From: Eledone cirrhosa
Taxonomy: Eukaryota
Length of the DNA stretch: 64,000 nucleotides
Direction: 5' to 3'
NCBI GenBank assembly: GCA_964016885.1
Contig: CAXHJY010000738.1
Location: 310,001-374,000 of the forward strand
In this document: positions 16,872 through 33,600 of the stretch, piece by piece
How the letters are laid out: each line of letters starts with the position of its first letter
Numbering within the stretch: position 1 is the first letter of the stretch
Notes under the pieces: model-generated
The model's input: only the letters and a program-made list of their open reading frames with translations
What the model was told of the DNA's origin: nothing
Databases searched by the model: none
Translations under genes and position numbers: made by a program

Positions 16872-18106
16872 GGTATATTACAGTACAGTAGGTATATTAC
16901 AGTACAGTAGGTAAAATACAGTAAAGTAGGTATATTACAGTACAGTAGGTATATTACACTAGAGTAGGTCACATACAGTACAGTAGGTATATTACAGTAC
17001 AGTAGGTATATTACAGTACAGTAGGTATGTTACAGTACATTAGGTATATTACAGTACAGTAGGTATATTACAGTACAGTAGGTATATTACAGTACAGTAG
17101 GTATATTACAGTACAGTAGATATATTACAGTACAGTAGGTATATTACAGTACAGTAGGTATATTACAGTACAGTAGGTATATTACAGTACAGTAGATAGA
17201 GTACAGTACAGTAGATATATTACAGTACAGTAGGTATATTACAGTACAGTAGGTATAATACAGTACAGTAGGTATATTACAGTACAGTAGGTATATTACA
17301 GTGCAGTAGGTATATTACAGTACAGTAGGTATATTACAGTACAGTAGGTATATTACAGTACAGTAGATATATTGCAGTACAGTAGGTATATTACAGTACA
17401 GTAGGTATATTACAGTACAGTAGGTATATTACAGTACAGTAGACATATTACAGTACAGTATGTATATTACAGTACAGTAGGTATATTACAGTACAGTAGG
17501 TATATTACAGTACAGTAGGTATATTACAGTACAGTAGGTATATTACAGTACAGTAGATATATTACAGTACAGTAGGTATATTAGAGTACAGTAGGTATAT
17601 TAGAGTACAGTAGGTATATTACAGTACAGTAGGTATATTACAGTACAGTAGGTATATTACAGTACAGTAGGTATAATACAGTACAGTAGGTATATTACAG
17701 TACAGTAGGTATATTACAGTACAGTAGGTATATTACAGTACAGTAGGTATATTACAGTACAGTAGGTATATTACAGTACAGTAGGTATATTACAGTACAG
17801 TAGATATATTACAGTACAGTAGGTATATTACAGTACAGTAGGTATATTACAGTACAGTAGATATATTACAGTACAGTAGGTATAATACCATACAGTAGGT
17901 ATATTACAGTACAGTAGGTATATTACAGTACAGTAGGTATAATACAGTACAGTAGATATATTACAGTACAGTAGGTATATTACACTACAGTAGGTATATT
18001 ACATTACAGTAAGTATATTAATGTACAGTAGGTATAATACAGTACAGTAGGTATATTACAGTACAGTAGGTATATTACAGTACAGTAGGTATATTACAGT
18101 ACAGTA

Positions 18107-21100
18107 GGTATATTACAGTACAGTAGGTATATTACACTACAGTAGGTATATTACAGTACAGTAGGTATATTAAAGTACAGTAGGTATAATACAATACAGT
18201 AGGTATATTACAGTAGAGTAGGTATATTACAGTACAGTAGATATAATACAGTACAGTAGATATATTACAGTACAGTAGGTATATTACAGTACAGTAGGTA
18301 TATTACAGTACAGTAGGTATATTACAGTACAGTAGGTATATTACAGTACAGTAGGTATATTACAGTACAGTAGATATATGACAGTACAGTAGGTATATTA
18401 CAGTACAGTAGGTATATTATAGTACATTAGATATATTACAGTACAGTAGGTATATTACAGTACAGTAGATATATTACAGTACAGTAGATATATTACAGTA
18501 CAGTAGGTATAATACAGTACAGTAGATATATTACAGTACAGTAGGTATATTACAGTACAGTAGGTATATTACAGTATAGTAGATATATTACAGTACAGTA
18601 GGTATAATACAGTAAACTAGGTATATTACAGTACAGTAGGTATATTACAGTACAGTAGGTATAATACAGTACAGTAGGTATATTACAGTACAGTAGGTAT
18701 ATTACAGTACTGTAGGTATGTTACAGTACAGTAGGTATATTACAGTACAGTAGATATATTACAGTACAGTAGGTATATTACAGTACAGTAGGTATATTAC
18801 AGTACAGTAGATATATTACAGTACAGTAGGTATATTACAGTACAGTAGGTATATTACAGTACAGTAGATAGAGTACAGTACAGTAGATATATTACAGTAC
18901 AGTAGGTATATTACAGTACAGTAGGTATATTACAGTACTGTAGGTATATTACAGTACAGTAGGTATATTACAGTACAGTAGGTATATTACAGTACAGTAG
19001 ATATGTTACAGTACAGTAGGTATATTACAGTACAGTAGATAGATTACAGTACAGTAGATATATTACAGTACAGTAGATATATTACAGTACAGTAGGTATA
19101 TTACAGTACAGTAGGTATATTACAGTACAGTAGGTATATTACAGTACAGTAGGTATATTACAGTACAGTAGATATATTACAGTACAGTAGGTATAATACA
19201 GTACAGTAGGTATATTACAGTACAGTAGGTATATTACAGTACAGTAGGGATATTACAGTACAGTAGTTATAATACAGTACAGTAGGTATATTACAGTACA
19301 CTAGTTATAATACAGTACAGTAGGTATATTACAGTACAGTAGGTATATTACAGTACAGTAGGTATATTACAGTACAGTAGGTATATTACAGTACAGTAGG
19401 TATATTACAGTACAGTAGGTATATTACAGTACAGTAGATATATTACAGTACAGTAGGTATAATACCATACAGTAGGTATATTACAGTACAGTAGGTATAT
19501 TACAGTACAGTAGGTATAATACAGTACAGTAGATATATTACAGTACAGTAGGTATATTACAGTACAGTAGGTATATTACAGTACAGTAGGTATATTACAA
19601 TACAGTAGATATATTACAGTACAGTAGATATATTACAGTACAGTAGATATATTACAGTACAGTAGGTATATTACAGTACAGTAGATAGATTACAGTATAG
19701 TAGATAGATTACAGTACAATAGGTATATTACAGTACAGTATATAGATTACAGTACAGTAAATATATTACAGTACAGTAGGTATATTACAGTACAGTAGGT
19801 ATATTACAGTACAGTAGACATATTACAGTACAGTAGACATATTACAGTACAGTAGGTATATTACAGTACAGTATGTATATTACAGTACAGTAGGTATAAT
19901 ACAGTACAGTAGGTATATTACAGTACAGTAGGTATATTACAGTACAGTAGGTATATTATAGTACAGTAGGTATATTACAGTACAGTAGATATATTACAGT
20001 ACAGTAGGTATATTATAGTACAGTAGGTATATTACAGTACAGTAGGTATATTACAGTACAGTAGGTAAAATACAGTAAAGTAGGTATATTACAGTACAGT
20101 AGGTAAAATACAGTAAAGTAGGTATATTACAGTACAGTAGGTATATTACACTAGAGTAGGTCACATACAGTACAGTAGGTATATTACAGTACAGTAGGTA
20201 TATTACACTACAGTAGGTATATTACAGTACAGTAGGTATATTAAAGTACAGTAGATATAATACAGTACAGTAGGTATATTACAGTAGAGTAGGTATATTA
20301 CAGTACAGTAGATATAATACAGTACAGTAGATATATTACAGTACAGTAGGTATATTACAGTACAGTAGGTATATTACAGTACAGTAGGTATATTACAGTA
20401 CAGTAGGTATATTACAGTACAGTAGGTATATTACAGTACAGTAGATATATTACAGTACAGTAGGTATATTACAGTACAGTAGGTATATTATAGTACATTA
20501 GATATATTACAGTACAGTAGGTATATTACAGTACAGTAGATATATTACAGTACAGTAGATATATTACAGTACAGTAGGTATAATACAGTACAGTAGATAT
20601 ATTACAGTACAGTAGGTATATTACAGTACAGTAGGAATATTACAGTATAGTAGATATATTACAGTACAGTAGGTATAATACAGTAAACTAGGTATATTAC
20701 AGTACAGTAGGTATATTACAGTACAGTAGGTATAATACAGTACAGTAGGTATATTACAGTACAGTAGGTATATTACAGTACTGTAGGTATGTTACAGTAC
20801 AGTAGGTATATTACAGTACAGTAGATATATTACAGTACAGTAGGTATATTACAGTACAGTAGGTATATTACAGTACAGTAGATATATTACAGTACAGTAG
20901 GTATATTACAGTACAGTAGGTATATTACAGTACAGTAGATAGAGTACAGTACAGTAGATATATTACAGTACAGTAGGTATATTACAGTACAGTAGGTATA
21001 TTACAGTACTGTAGGTATATTACAGTACAGTAGGTATATTACAGTACAGTAGGTATATTACAGTACAGTAGATATGTTACAGTACAGTAGGTATATTACA

Positions 21101-22229
21101 GTACAGTAGATAGATTACAGTACAGTAGATATATTACAGTACAGTAGATATATTACAGTACAGTAGGTATATTACAGTACAGTAGGTATATTACAGTACA
21201 GTAGGTATATTACAGTACAGTAGGTATATTACAGTACAGTAGATATATTACAGTACAGTAGGTATAATACAGTACAGTAGGTATATTACAGTACAGTAGG
21301 TATATTACAGTACAGTAGCGATATTACAGTACAGTAGTTATAATACAGTACAGTAGGTATATTACAGTACAGTAGTTATAATACAGTACAGTAGGTATAT
21401 TACAGTACAGTAGGTATATTACAGTACAGTAGGTATATTACAGTAGAGTAGGTATATTACAGTACAGTAGGTATATTACAGTACAGTAGGTATATTACAG
21501 TACAGTAGATATATTACAGTACAGTAGGTATAATACCATACAGTAGGTATATTACAGTACAGTAGGTATATTACAGTACAGTAGGTATAACACAGTACAG
21601 TAGATATATTACAGTACAGTAGGTATATTACAGTACAGTAGGTATATTACAGTACAGTAGGTATATTACAATACAGTAGATATATTACAGTACAGTAGAT
21701 ATATTACAGTACAGTAGATATATTACAGTACAGTAGGTATATTACAGTACAGTAGATAGATTACAGTATAGTAGATAGATTACAGTACAATAGGTATATT
21801 ACAGTACAGTATATAGATTACAGTACAGTAAATATATTACAGTACAGTAGGTATATTACAGTACAGTAGGTATATTACAGTACAGTAGACATATTACAGT
21901 ACAGTAGACATATTACAGTACAGTAGGTATATTACAGTACAGTATGTATATTACAGTACAGTAGGTATAATACAGTACAGTAGGTATATTACAGTACAGT
22001 AGGTATATTACAGTACAGTAGGTATATTATAGTACAGTAGGTATATTACAGTACAGTAGATATATTACAGTACAGTAGGTATATTATAGTACAGTAGGTA
22101 TATTACAGTACAGTAGGTATATTACAGTACAGTAGGTAAAATACAGTAAAGTAGGTATATTACAGTACAGTAGGTATATTACACTAGAGTAGGTCACATA
22201 CAGTACAGTAGGTATATTACAGTACAGTA
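18107..22229. repeat. Tandem duplication, unit about 2071 bp (109 monomers)
   Basis: Offset 2071 for CACTAC 18126/20197, TAAACTA 18601/20672, CCATAC 19456/21527, TATAGATTAC 19741/21812 and GGTAAAATAC 20064/22135. Confidence 0.9.
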
Positions 22230-22666
22230 GGTATATTACAGTACAGTAGGTATGTTACAGTACATTAGGTATATTACAGTACAGTAGGTATATTACAGTA
22301 CAGTAGGTATATTACAGTACAGTAGGTATATTACAGTACAGTAGATATATTACAGTACAGTAGATATATTACAGTACAGTAGGTATATTATAGTACAGTA
22401 GGTATATTACAGTACAGTAGGTATATTACAGTACAGTAGGTAAAATACAGTAAAGTAGGTATATTACAGTACAGTAGGTATATTACACTAGAGTAGGTCA
22501 CATACAGTACAGTAGGTATATTACAGTACAGTAGGTATATTACAGTACAGTAGGTATGTTACAGTACATTAGGTATATTACAGTACAGTAGGTATATTAC
22601 AGTACAGTAGGTATATTACAGTACAGTAGGTATATTACAGTACAGTAGATATATTACAGTACAGTA
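22059..22666. repeat. Tandem duplication, unit 304 bp (16 monomers)
   Basis: TATAG monomer at 22078/22382, GGTAAAATACAGTAAAGTA at 22135/22439, GGTCACATAC at 22192/22496. Confidence 0.9.
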
Positions 22667-23729
22667 GGTATATTACAGTACAGTAGGTATATTACAGTAC
22701 AGTAGATAGAGTACAGTACAGTAGATATATTACAGTACAGTAGGTATATTACAGTACAGTAGGTATAATACAGTACAGTAGGTATATTACAGTACAGTAG
22801 GTATATTACAGTGCAGTAGGTATATTACAGTACAGTAGGTATATTACAGTACAGTAGGTATATTACAGTACAGTAGATATATTGCAGTACAGTAGGTATA
22901 TTACAGTACAGTAGGTATATTACAGTACAGTAGGTATATTACAGTACAGTAGACATATTACAGTACAGTATGTATATTACAGTACAGTAGGTATATTACA
23001 GTACAGTAGGTATATTACAGTACAGTAGGTATATTACAGTACAGTAGGTATATTACAGTACAGAAGATATATTACAGTACAGTAGGTATATTAGAGTACA
23101 GTAGGTATATTAGAGTACAGTAGGTATATTACAGTACAGTAGGTATATTACAGTACAGTAGGTATATTACAGTACAGTAGGTATAATACAGTACAGTAGG
23201 TATATTACAGTACAGTAGATATATTACAGTACAGTAGGTATAATACCATACAGTAGGTATATTACAGTACAGTAGGTATATTACAGTACAGTAGGTATAA
23301 TACAGTACAGTAGATATATTACAGTACAGTAGGTATATTACACTACAGTAGGTATATTACAGTACAGTAAGTATATTAATGTACAGTAGGTATAATACAG
23401 TACAGTAGGTATATTACAGTACAGTAGGTATATTACAGTACAGTAGGTTTATTACAGTACAGTAGGTATATTACAGTACAGTAGGTATATTACACTACAG
23501 TAGGTATATTACAGTACAGTAGGTATATTAAAGTACAGTAGGTATAATACAGTACAGTAGGTATATTACAGTAGAGTAGGTATATTACAGTACAGTAGAT
23601 ATAATACAGTACAGTAGATATATTACAGTACAGTAGGTATATTACAGTACAGTAGGTATATTACAGTACAGTAGGTATATTACAGTACAGTAGGTATATT
23701 ACAGTACAGTAGGTATATTACAGTACAGT

Positions 23730-26700
23730 AGATATATTACAGTACAGTAGGTATAATACCATACAGTAGGTATATTACAGTACAGTAGGTATATTACAGT
23801 ACAGTAGGTATAATACAGTACAGTAGATATATTACAGTACAGTAGGTATATTACAGTACAGTAGGTATATTACAGTACAGTAGGTATATTACAATACAGT
23901 AGATATATTACAGTACAGTAGATATATTACAGTACAGTAGATATATTACAGTACAGTAGGTATATTACAGTACAGTAGATAGATTACAGTATAGTAGATA
24001 GATTACAGTACAATAGGTATATTACATTACAGTATATAGATTACAGTACAGTAAATATATTACAGTACAGTAGGTATATTACAGTACAGTAGGTATATTA
24101 CAGTACAGTAGGTATATTACAGTACAGTAGACATATTACAGTACAGTAGGTATATTACAGTACAGTATGTATATTACAGTACAGTAGGTATAATACAGTA
24201 CAGTAGGTATATTACAGTACAGTAGGTATATTACAGTACAGTAGGTATATTATAGTACAGTAGGTATATTACAGTACAGTAGATATATTACAGTACAGTA
24301 GGTATATTACACTACAGTAGGTATAATACAGTACAGTAGGTATATTACAGTACAGTAGGTATATTACAGTACAGTAGGTATGTTACAGTACATTAGGTAT
24401 ATTACAGTACAGTAGGTATATTACAGTACAGTAGGTATATTACAGTACAGTAGGTATATTACAGTACAGTAGATATATTACAGTACAGTAGGTATATTAC
24501 ACTACAGTAGGTATAATACAGTACAGTAGGTATATTACAGTACAGTAGGTATATTACAGTACAGTAGGTGTGTTACAGTACATTAGGTATATTACAGTAC
24601 AGTAGGTATATTACAGTACAGTAGGTATATTACAGTACAGTAGGTATATTACAGTACAGTAGGTATATTACAGTACAGTACATATATTACAGTACAGTAG
24701 GTATATTACAGTACAGTAGGTATATTACAGTACAGTAGATAGAGTACAGTACAGTAGATATATTACAGTACAGTAGGTATATTACAGTACAGTAGGTATA
24801 ATACAGTACAGTAGGTATATTACAGTACAGTAGGTATATTACAGTACAGTAGGTATATTACAGTAGGTATATTACAGTACAGTAGATATATTGCAGTACA
24901 GTAGGTATATTACAGTACAGTAGGGATAATACAGTACAGTAGATATGTTACAGTACAGTAGGTATATTACAGTACAGTAGGTATATTACAGTACAGTAGG
25001 TATATTACAGTACAGTATGTATATTACAGTACAGTAGGTATATTACAGTACAGTAGGTATATTACAGTACAGTAGGTATATTACAGTACAGTAGATATAT
25101 TACAGTACAGTAGGTATATTACAGTACAGTAGGTATATTACAGTACAGTAGGTATATTACAGTACAGTAGGTATATTACACTACAGTAGATATATTACAG
25201 TACAGTAGGTATATTACAGTACAGTAGGTATAATACCATACAGTAGGTATATTACAGTACAGTAGGTATATTACAGTACAGTAGGTATATTACAGTATAG
25301 TAGATATATTACAGTACAGTAGGTATAATACAGTAAACTAGGTATATTACAGTACAGTAGGTATATTACAGTACAGTAGGTATATTACAGTACAGTAGGT
25401 ATATTACAGTACAGTAGGTATATTACACTACAGTAGATATATTACAGTACAGTAGGTATATTACAGTACAGTAGGTATAATACCATACAGTAGGTATATT
25501 ACAGTACAGTAGGTATATTACAGTACAGTAGGTATAATACAGTACAGTAGATATATTACAGTACAGTAGGTATATTACAGTACAGTAGGTATATTACAGT
25601 ACAGTAGATATATTACAGTACAGTAGGTATATTACAGTACAGTATGTATATTACAGTACAGTAGGTATATTACAGTACAGTAGGTATATTACAGTACAGT
25701 AGGTATAATACAGTACAGTAGGTATATTACAGTACAGTAGGTATATTACAGTACAGTAGGTATATTACAGTACAGTAGGTATAATACAGTACAGTAGGTA
25801 TAATACAGTACAGTAGGTATATTACAGTACAGTAGGTATATTACAGTACAGTAGGTATATTACAGTACAGTAGATATATTACAGTACAGAAGATATATTA
25901 CAGTACAGTAGATAGATTACAGTACAGTAGATATATTACAGTACAGTAGGTATATTACAGTACAGTAGATATATTACAGTACAGTAGGTATATTATAGTA
26001 CAGTAGGTATATTACAGTACAGTAGGTATATTACAGTACAGTAGGTATAATACAGTAAAGTAGGTATATTACAGTACAGTAGGTATATTACACTACAGTA
26101 GGTATAATACAGTACAGTAGGTATATTACAGTACAGTAGGTATATTACAGTACAGTAGGTATGTTACAGTACATTAGGTATATTACAGTACAGTAGGTAT
26201 ATTACAGTACAGTAGGTATATTACAGTACAGTAGGTATATTACAGTACAGTAGATATATTACAGTACAGTAGGTATATTACAGTACAGTAGATAGAGTAC
26301 AGTACAGTAGATATATTACAGTACAGTAGGTATATTACAGTACAGTAGGTATATTACAGTACTGTAGGTATATTACAGTACAGTAGGTATGTTACAGTAC
26401 AGTAGGTATATTACAGTACAGTAGATATGTTACAGTACAGTAGGTATATTACAGTACAGTAGATAGATTACAGTACAGTAGATATATTACAGTACAGTAG
26501 ATATATTACAGTACAGTAGGTATATTACAGTACAGTAGGTATATTACAGTACAGTAGGTATATTACAGTACAGTAGGTATAGTACAGTACAGTAGATATA
26601 TTACAGTACAGTAGGTATAATACAGTACAGTAGGTATATTACAGTACAGTAGGTATATTACAGTACAGTAGGGATATTACAGTACAGTAGTTATAATACA

Positions 26701-28550
26701 GTACAGTAGGTATATTACAGTGCAGTAGTTATAATACAGTACAGTAGGTATATTACAGTACAGTAGTTATATTCCAGTACAGTAGGTATATTACAGTACA
26801 GTAGATATATTACAGTACAGTAGGTATAATACCATACAGTAGGTATATTACAGTACAGTAGGTATATTACAGTACAGTAGGTATATTACAGTACAGTAGG
26901 TATATTACAGTACAGTAGATATATTACAGTACAGTAGGTATATTACAGTACAGTATGTATATTACAGTACAGTAGGTATATTACAGTACAGTAGGTATAT
27001 TACAGTACAGTAGGTATAATACAGTACAGTAGGTATATTACAGTACAGTAGGTATATTACAGTACAGTAGGTATATTACAGTACAGTAGGTATAATACAG
27101 TACAGTAGGTATAATACAGTACAGTAGGTATATTACAGTACAGTAGGTATATTACAGTACAGTAGGTATATTACAGTACAGTAGATATATTACAGTACAG
27201 AAGATATATTACAGTACAGTAGATAGATTACAGTACAGTAGATATATTACAGTACAGTAGGTATATTACAGTACAGTAGATATATTACAGTACAGTAGGT
27301 ATATTATAGTACAGTAGGTATATTACAGTACAGTAGGTATATTACAGTACAGTAGGTATATTACAGTACAGTAGGTATATTACAGTACAGTAGGTATGTT
27401 ACAGTACATTAGGTATATTACAGTACAGTAGGTATATTACAGTACAGTAGGTATATTACAGTACAGTAGGTATATTACAGTACAGTAGGTATATTACAGT
27501 ACAGTACATATATTACAGTACAGTAGGTATATTACAGTACAGTAGGTATATTACAGTACAGTAGATATATTACAGTACAGTAGGTATATTACAGTACAGT
27601 ATGTATATTACAGTACAGTAGGTATATTACAGTACAGTAGGTATATTACAGTACAGTAGGTATAATACAGTACAGTAGGTATATTACAGTACAGTAGGTA
27701 TATTACAGTACAGTAGGTATATTACGGTACAGTAGGTATATTACAGTACAGTAGGTATATTACAGTACAGTAGGTATATTACAGTACAGTAGGTATATTA
27801 CAGTACAGTAGATATATTACAGTACAGTAGGTATAATACCATACAGTAGGTATATTACAGTACAGTAGGTATATTACAGTACAGTAGGTATATTACAGTA
27901 CAGTAGGTATATTACAGTACAGTAGATATATTACAGTACAGTAGGTATATTACAGTACAGTATGTATATTACAGTACAGTAGGTATATTACAGTACAGTA
28001 GGTATATTACAGTACAGTAGGTATAATACAGTACAGTAGGTATATTACAGTACAGTAGGTATATTACAGTACAGTAGGTATATTACAGTACAGTAGGTAT
28101 AATACAGTACAGTAGGTATAATACAGTACAGTAGGTATATTACAGTACAGTAGGTATATTACAGTACAGTAGGTATATTACAGTACAGTAGATATATTAC
28201 AGTACAGAAGATATATTACAGTACAGTAGATAGATTACAGTACAGTAGATATATTACAGTACAGTAGGTATATTACAGTACAGTAGATATATTACAGTAC
28301 AGTAGGTATATTATAGTACAGTAGGTATATTACAGTACAGTAGGTATATTACAGTACAGTAGGTATATTACAGTACAGTAGGTATATTACAGTACAGTAG
28401 GTATGTTACAGTACATTAGGTATATTACAGTACAGTAGGTATATTACAGTACAGTAGGTATATTACAGTACAGTAGGTATATTACAGTACAGTAGGTATA
28501 TTACAGTACAGTACATATATTACAGTACAGTAGGTATATTACAGTACAGT
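23730..28550. repeat. Dispersed copy of block ~1570-6430 (offset about 22.1-22.2 kb)
   Basis: Offset 22158 for CCATAC 1592/23750, TATAGATT 1877/24035 and the 14-bp monomer 2694/24852. Other offsets: 22177 for TAAAGTA 3867/26044, 22196 for GTGCAG 4513/26709, 22120 for CATATATT 6394/28514. The offsets differ by whole monomers. Confidence 0.88.
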
Positions 28551-29969
28551 AGGTATATTACAGTACAGTAGGTATATTACAGTATAGTAGATATATTACA
28601 GTACAGTAGGTATAATACAGTAAACTAGGTATATTACAGTACAGTAGGTATATTACAGTACAGTAGGTATATTACAGTACAGTAGGTATATTACACTACA
28701 GTAGGTATATTACACTACAGTAGATATATTACAGTACAGTAGGTATATTACAGTACAGTAGGTATAATACAGTACAGTAGGTATATTACAGTACAGTAGG
28801 TATATTACAGTACAGTAGGTATATTACAGTAGGTATATTACAGTACAGTAGATATATTGCAGTACAGTAGGTATATTACAGTACAGTAGGGATAATACAG
28901 TACAGTAGATATGTTACAGTACAGTAGGTATATTACAGTACAGTAGGTATATTACAGTACAGTAGGTATATTACAGTACAGTAGACATATTACAGTGCAG
29001 TAGGTATATTACAGTACAGTAGACATATTACAGTACAGTAGGTATATTACAGTACAGTAGGTATATTACAGTACAGTAGATATAATACAATACAGTAGAT
29101 ATATTACAGTACAGTAGGTATATTACAGTACAGTAGGTATATTACAGTACAGTAGGTATATTACAGTACAGTAGGTATATTACACTACAGTAGATATATT
29201 ACAGTACAGTAGGTATATTACAGTACAGTAGGTATAATACCATACAGTAGGTATATTACAGTACAGTAGGTATATTACAGTACAGTAGGTATATTACAGT
29301 ATAGTAGATATATTACAGTACAGTAGGTATAATACAGTAAACTAGGTATATTACAGTACAGTAGGTATATTACAGTACAGTAGGTATATTACAGTACAGT
29401 AGGTATATTACAGTACAGTAGGTATATTACACTACAGTAGATATATTACAGTACAGTAGGTATATTACAGTACAGTAGGTATAATACCATACAGTAGGTA
29501 TATTACAGTACAGTAGGTATATTACAGTACAGTAGGTATAATACAGTACAGTAGATATATTACAGTACAGTAGGTATATTACAGTACAGTAGGTATATTA
29601 CAGTACAGTAGGTATATTACAGTACAGTAGATATATTACAGTACAGTAGGTATATTACAGTACAGTATGTATATTACAGTACAGTAGGTATATTACAGTA
29701 CAGTAGGTATATTACAGTACAGTAGGTATAATACAGTACAGTAGGTATATTACAGTACAGTAGGTATATTACAGTACAGTAGGTATATTACAGTACAGTA
29801 GGTATAATACAGTACAGTAGGTATAATACAGTACAGTAGGTATATTACAGTACAGTAGGTATATTACAGTACAGTAGGTATATTACAGTACAGTAGATAT
29901 ATTACAGTACAGAAGATATATTACAGTACAGTAGATAGATTACAGTACAGTAGATATATTACAGTACAG

Positions 29970-32900
29970 TAGGTATATTACAGTACAGTAGATATATTAC
30001 AGTACAGTAGGTATATTATAGTACAGTAGGTATATTACAGTACAGTAGGTATATTACAGTACAGTAGGTATAATACAGTAAAGTAGGTATATTACAGTAC
30101 AGTAGGTATATTACACTACAGTAGGTATAATACAGTACAGTAGGTATATTACAGTACAGTAGGTATATTACAGTACAGTAGGTATGTTACAGTACATTAG
30201 GTATATTACAGTACAGTAGGTATATTACAGTACAGTAGGTATATTACAGTACAGTAGGTATATTACAGTACAGTAGATATATTACAGTACAGTAGGTATA
30301 TTACAGTACAGTAGATAGAGTACAGTACAGTAGATATATTACAGTACAGTAGGTATATTACAGTACAGTAGGTATATTACAGTACTGTAGGTATATTACA
30401 GTACAGTAGGTATGTTACAGTACAGTAGGTATATTACAGTACAGTAGATATGTTACAGTACAGTAGGTATATTACAGTACAGTAGATAGATTACAGTACA
30501 GTAGATATATTACAGTACAGTAGATATATTACAGTACAGTAGGTATATTACAGTACAATAGGTATATTACAGTACAGTAGGTATATTACAGTACAGTAGG
30601 TATATTACAGTACAGTAGGTATATTACAGTACAGTAGATATATTACAGTACAGTAGGTATAATACAGTACAGTAGGTATATTACAGTACAGTAGGTATAT
30701 TACAGTACAGTAGGGATATTACAGTACAGTAGTTATAATACAGTACAGTAGGTATATTACAGTACAGTAGTTATAATACAGTACAGTAGGTATATTACAG
30801 TACAGTAGGTATATTACAGTACAGTAGGTATATTACAGTACAGTAGGTATATTACAGTACAGTAGGTATATTACAGTACAGTAGGTATATTACAGTACAG
30901 TAGATATATTTCAGTACAGTAGGTATAATACCATACAGTAGGTATATTACAGTACAGTAGGTATATTACAGTACAGTAGGTATAATACAGTACAGTAGAT
31001 ATATTACAGTACAGTAGGTATATTACAGTACAGTAGGTATATTACAGTACAGTAGGTATATTACAATACAGTAGATATATTACAGTACAGTAGATATATT
31101 ACAGTACAGTAGATATATTACAGTACAGTAGGTATATTACAGTACAGTAGATAGATTACAGTATAGTAGATAGATTACAGTACAATAGGTATATTACAGT
31201 ACAGTATATAGATTACAGTAAATATATTACAGTACAGTAGGTATATTACAGTACAGTAGGTATATTACAGTACAGTAGGTATATTACAGTACAGTAGATA
31301 TATTACAGTACAGTAGGTATATTACAGTACAGTATGTATATTACAGTACAGTAGGTATAATACAGTACAGTAGGTATATTACAGTACAGTAGGTATATTA
31401 CAGTACAGTAGGTATATTATAGTACAGTAGGTATATTACAGTACAGTAGATATATTACAGTACAGTAGGTATATTACACTACAGTAGGTATAATACAGTA
31501 CAGTAGGTCTATTACAGTACAGTAGGTATATTACAGTACAGTAGGTATGTTACAGTACATTAGGTATATTACAGTACAGTAGGTATATTACAGTACAGTA
31601 GGTATATTACAGTACAGTAGGTATATTATAGTACAGTAGATATATTACAGTACAGTAGGTATATTACACTACAGTAGGTATAATACAGTACAGTAGGTAT
31701 ATTACAGTACAGTAGGTATATTACAGTACAGTAGGTATGTTACAGTACATTAGGTATATTACAGTACAGTAGGTATATTACAGTACAGTAGGTATATTAC
31801 ACTACAGTAGGTATATTACAGTACAGTAGATATATTACAGTACAGTATGTATATTATAGTACAGTAGGTATATTACAGTACAGTAGGTATATTACAGTAC
31901 AGTAGGTATAATACAGTAAAGTAGGTATATTACAGTACAGTAGGTATATTACACTACAGTAGGTATAATACAGTACAGTAGGTATATTACAGTACAGTAG
32001 GTATATTACAGTACAGTAGGTATGTTACAGTACATTAGGTATATTACAGTACAGTAGGTATATTACAGTACAGTAGGTATATTACAGTACAGTAGGTATA
32101 TTACAGTACAGTAGATATATTACAGTACAGTAGGTATATTACAGTACAGTAGATAGAGTACAGTACAGTAGATATATTACAGTACAGTAGGTATATTACA
32201 GTACAGTAGGTATATTACAGTACTGTAGGTATATTACAGTACAGTAGGTATGTTACAGTACAGTAGGTATATTACAGTACAGTAGATATGTTACAGTACA
32301 GTAGGTATATTACAGTACAGTAGATAGATTACAGTACAGTAGATATATTACAGTACAGTAGATATATTACAGTACAGTAGGTATATTACAGTACAGTAGG
32401 TATATTACAGTACAGTAGGTATATTACAGTACAGTAGGTATATTACAGTACAGTAGATATATTACAGTACAGTAGGTATAATACAGTACAGTAGGTATAT
32501 TACAGTACAGTAGGTATATTACAGTACAGTAGGGATATTACAGTACAGTAGTTATAATACAGTACAGTAGGTATATTACAGTACAGTAGTTATAATACAG
32601 TACAGTAGGTATATTACAGTACAGTAGGTATATTACAGTACAGTAGGTATATTACAGTACAGTAGGTATATTACAGTACAGTAGGTATATTACAGTACAG
32701 TAGATATATTACAGTACAGTAGGTATAATACCATACAGTAGGTATATTACAGTACAGTAGGTATATTACAGTACAGTAGGTATAATACAGTACAGTAGAT
32801 ATATTACAGTACAGTAGGTATATTACAGTACAGTAGGTATATTACAGTACAGTAGGTATATTACAATACAGTAGATATATTACAGTACAGTAGATATATT

Positions 32901-33600
32901 ACAGTACAGTAGATATATTACAGTACAGTAGGTATATTACAGTACAGTAGATAGATTACAGTATAGTAGATAGATTACAGTACAATAGGTATATTACAGT
33001 ACAGTATATAGATTACAGTAAATATATTACAGTACAGTAGGTATATTACAGTACAGTAGGTATATTACAGTACAGTAGGTATATTACAGTACAGTAGATA
33101 TATTACAGAACAGTAGGTATATTACAGTACAGTATGTATATTACAGTACAGTAGGTATAATACAGTACAGTAGGTATATTACAGTACAGTAGGTATATTA
33201 CAGTACAGTAGGTATATTATAGTACAGTAGGTATATTACAGTACAGTAGATATATTACAGTACAGTAGGTATATTACACTACAGTAGGTATAATACAGTA
33301 CAGTAGGTATATTACAGTACAGTAGGTATATTACAGTACAGTAGGTATGTTACAGTACATTAGGTATATTACAGTACAGTAGGTATATTACAGTACAGTA
33401 GGTATATTACAGTACAGTAGGTATATTACAGTACAGTAGATATATTACAGTACAGTAGGTATATTACACTACAGTAGGTATAATACAGTACAGTAGGTAT
33501 ATTACAGTACAGTAGGTATATTACAGTACAGTAGGTATGTTACAGTACATTAGGTATATTACAGTACAGTAGGTATATTACAGTACAGTAGGTATATTAC
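29970..33600. repeat. Tandem duplication, unit about 1.8 kb
   Basis: TAAAGTA monomer at 30067/31905 (offset 1838). 14-bp TATAGATTACAGTA at 31207/33007 (offset 1800). The intervening variants occur in the same order. Confidence 0.85.
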
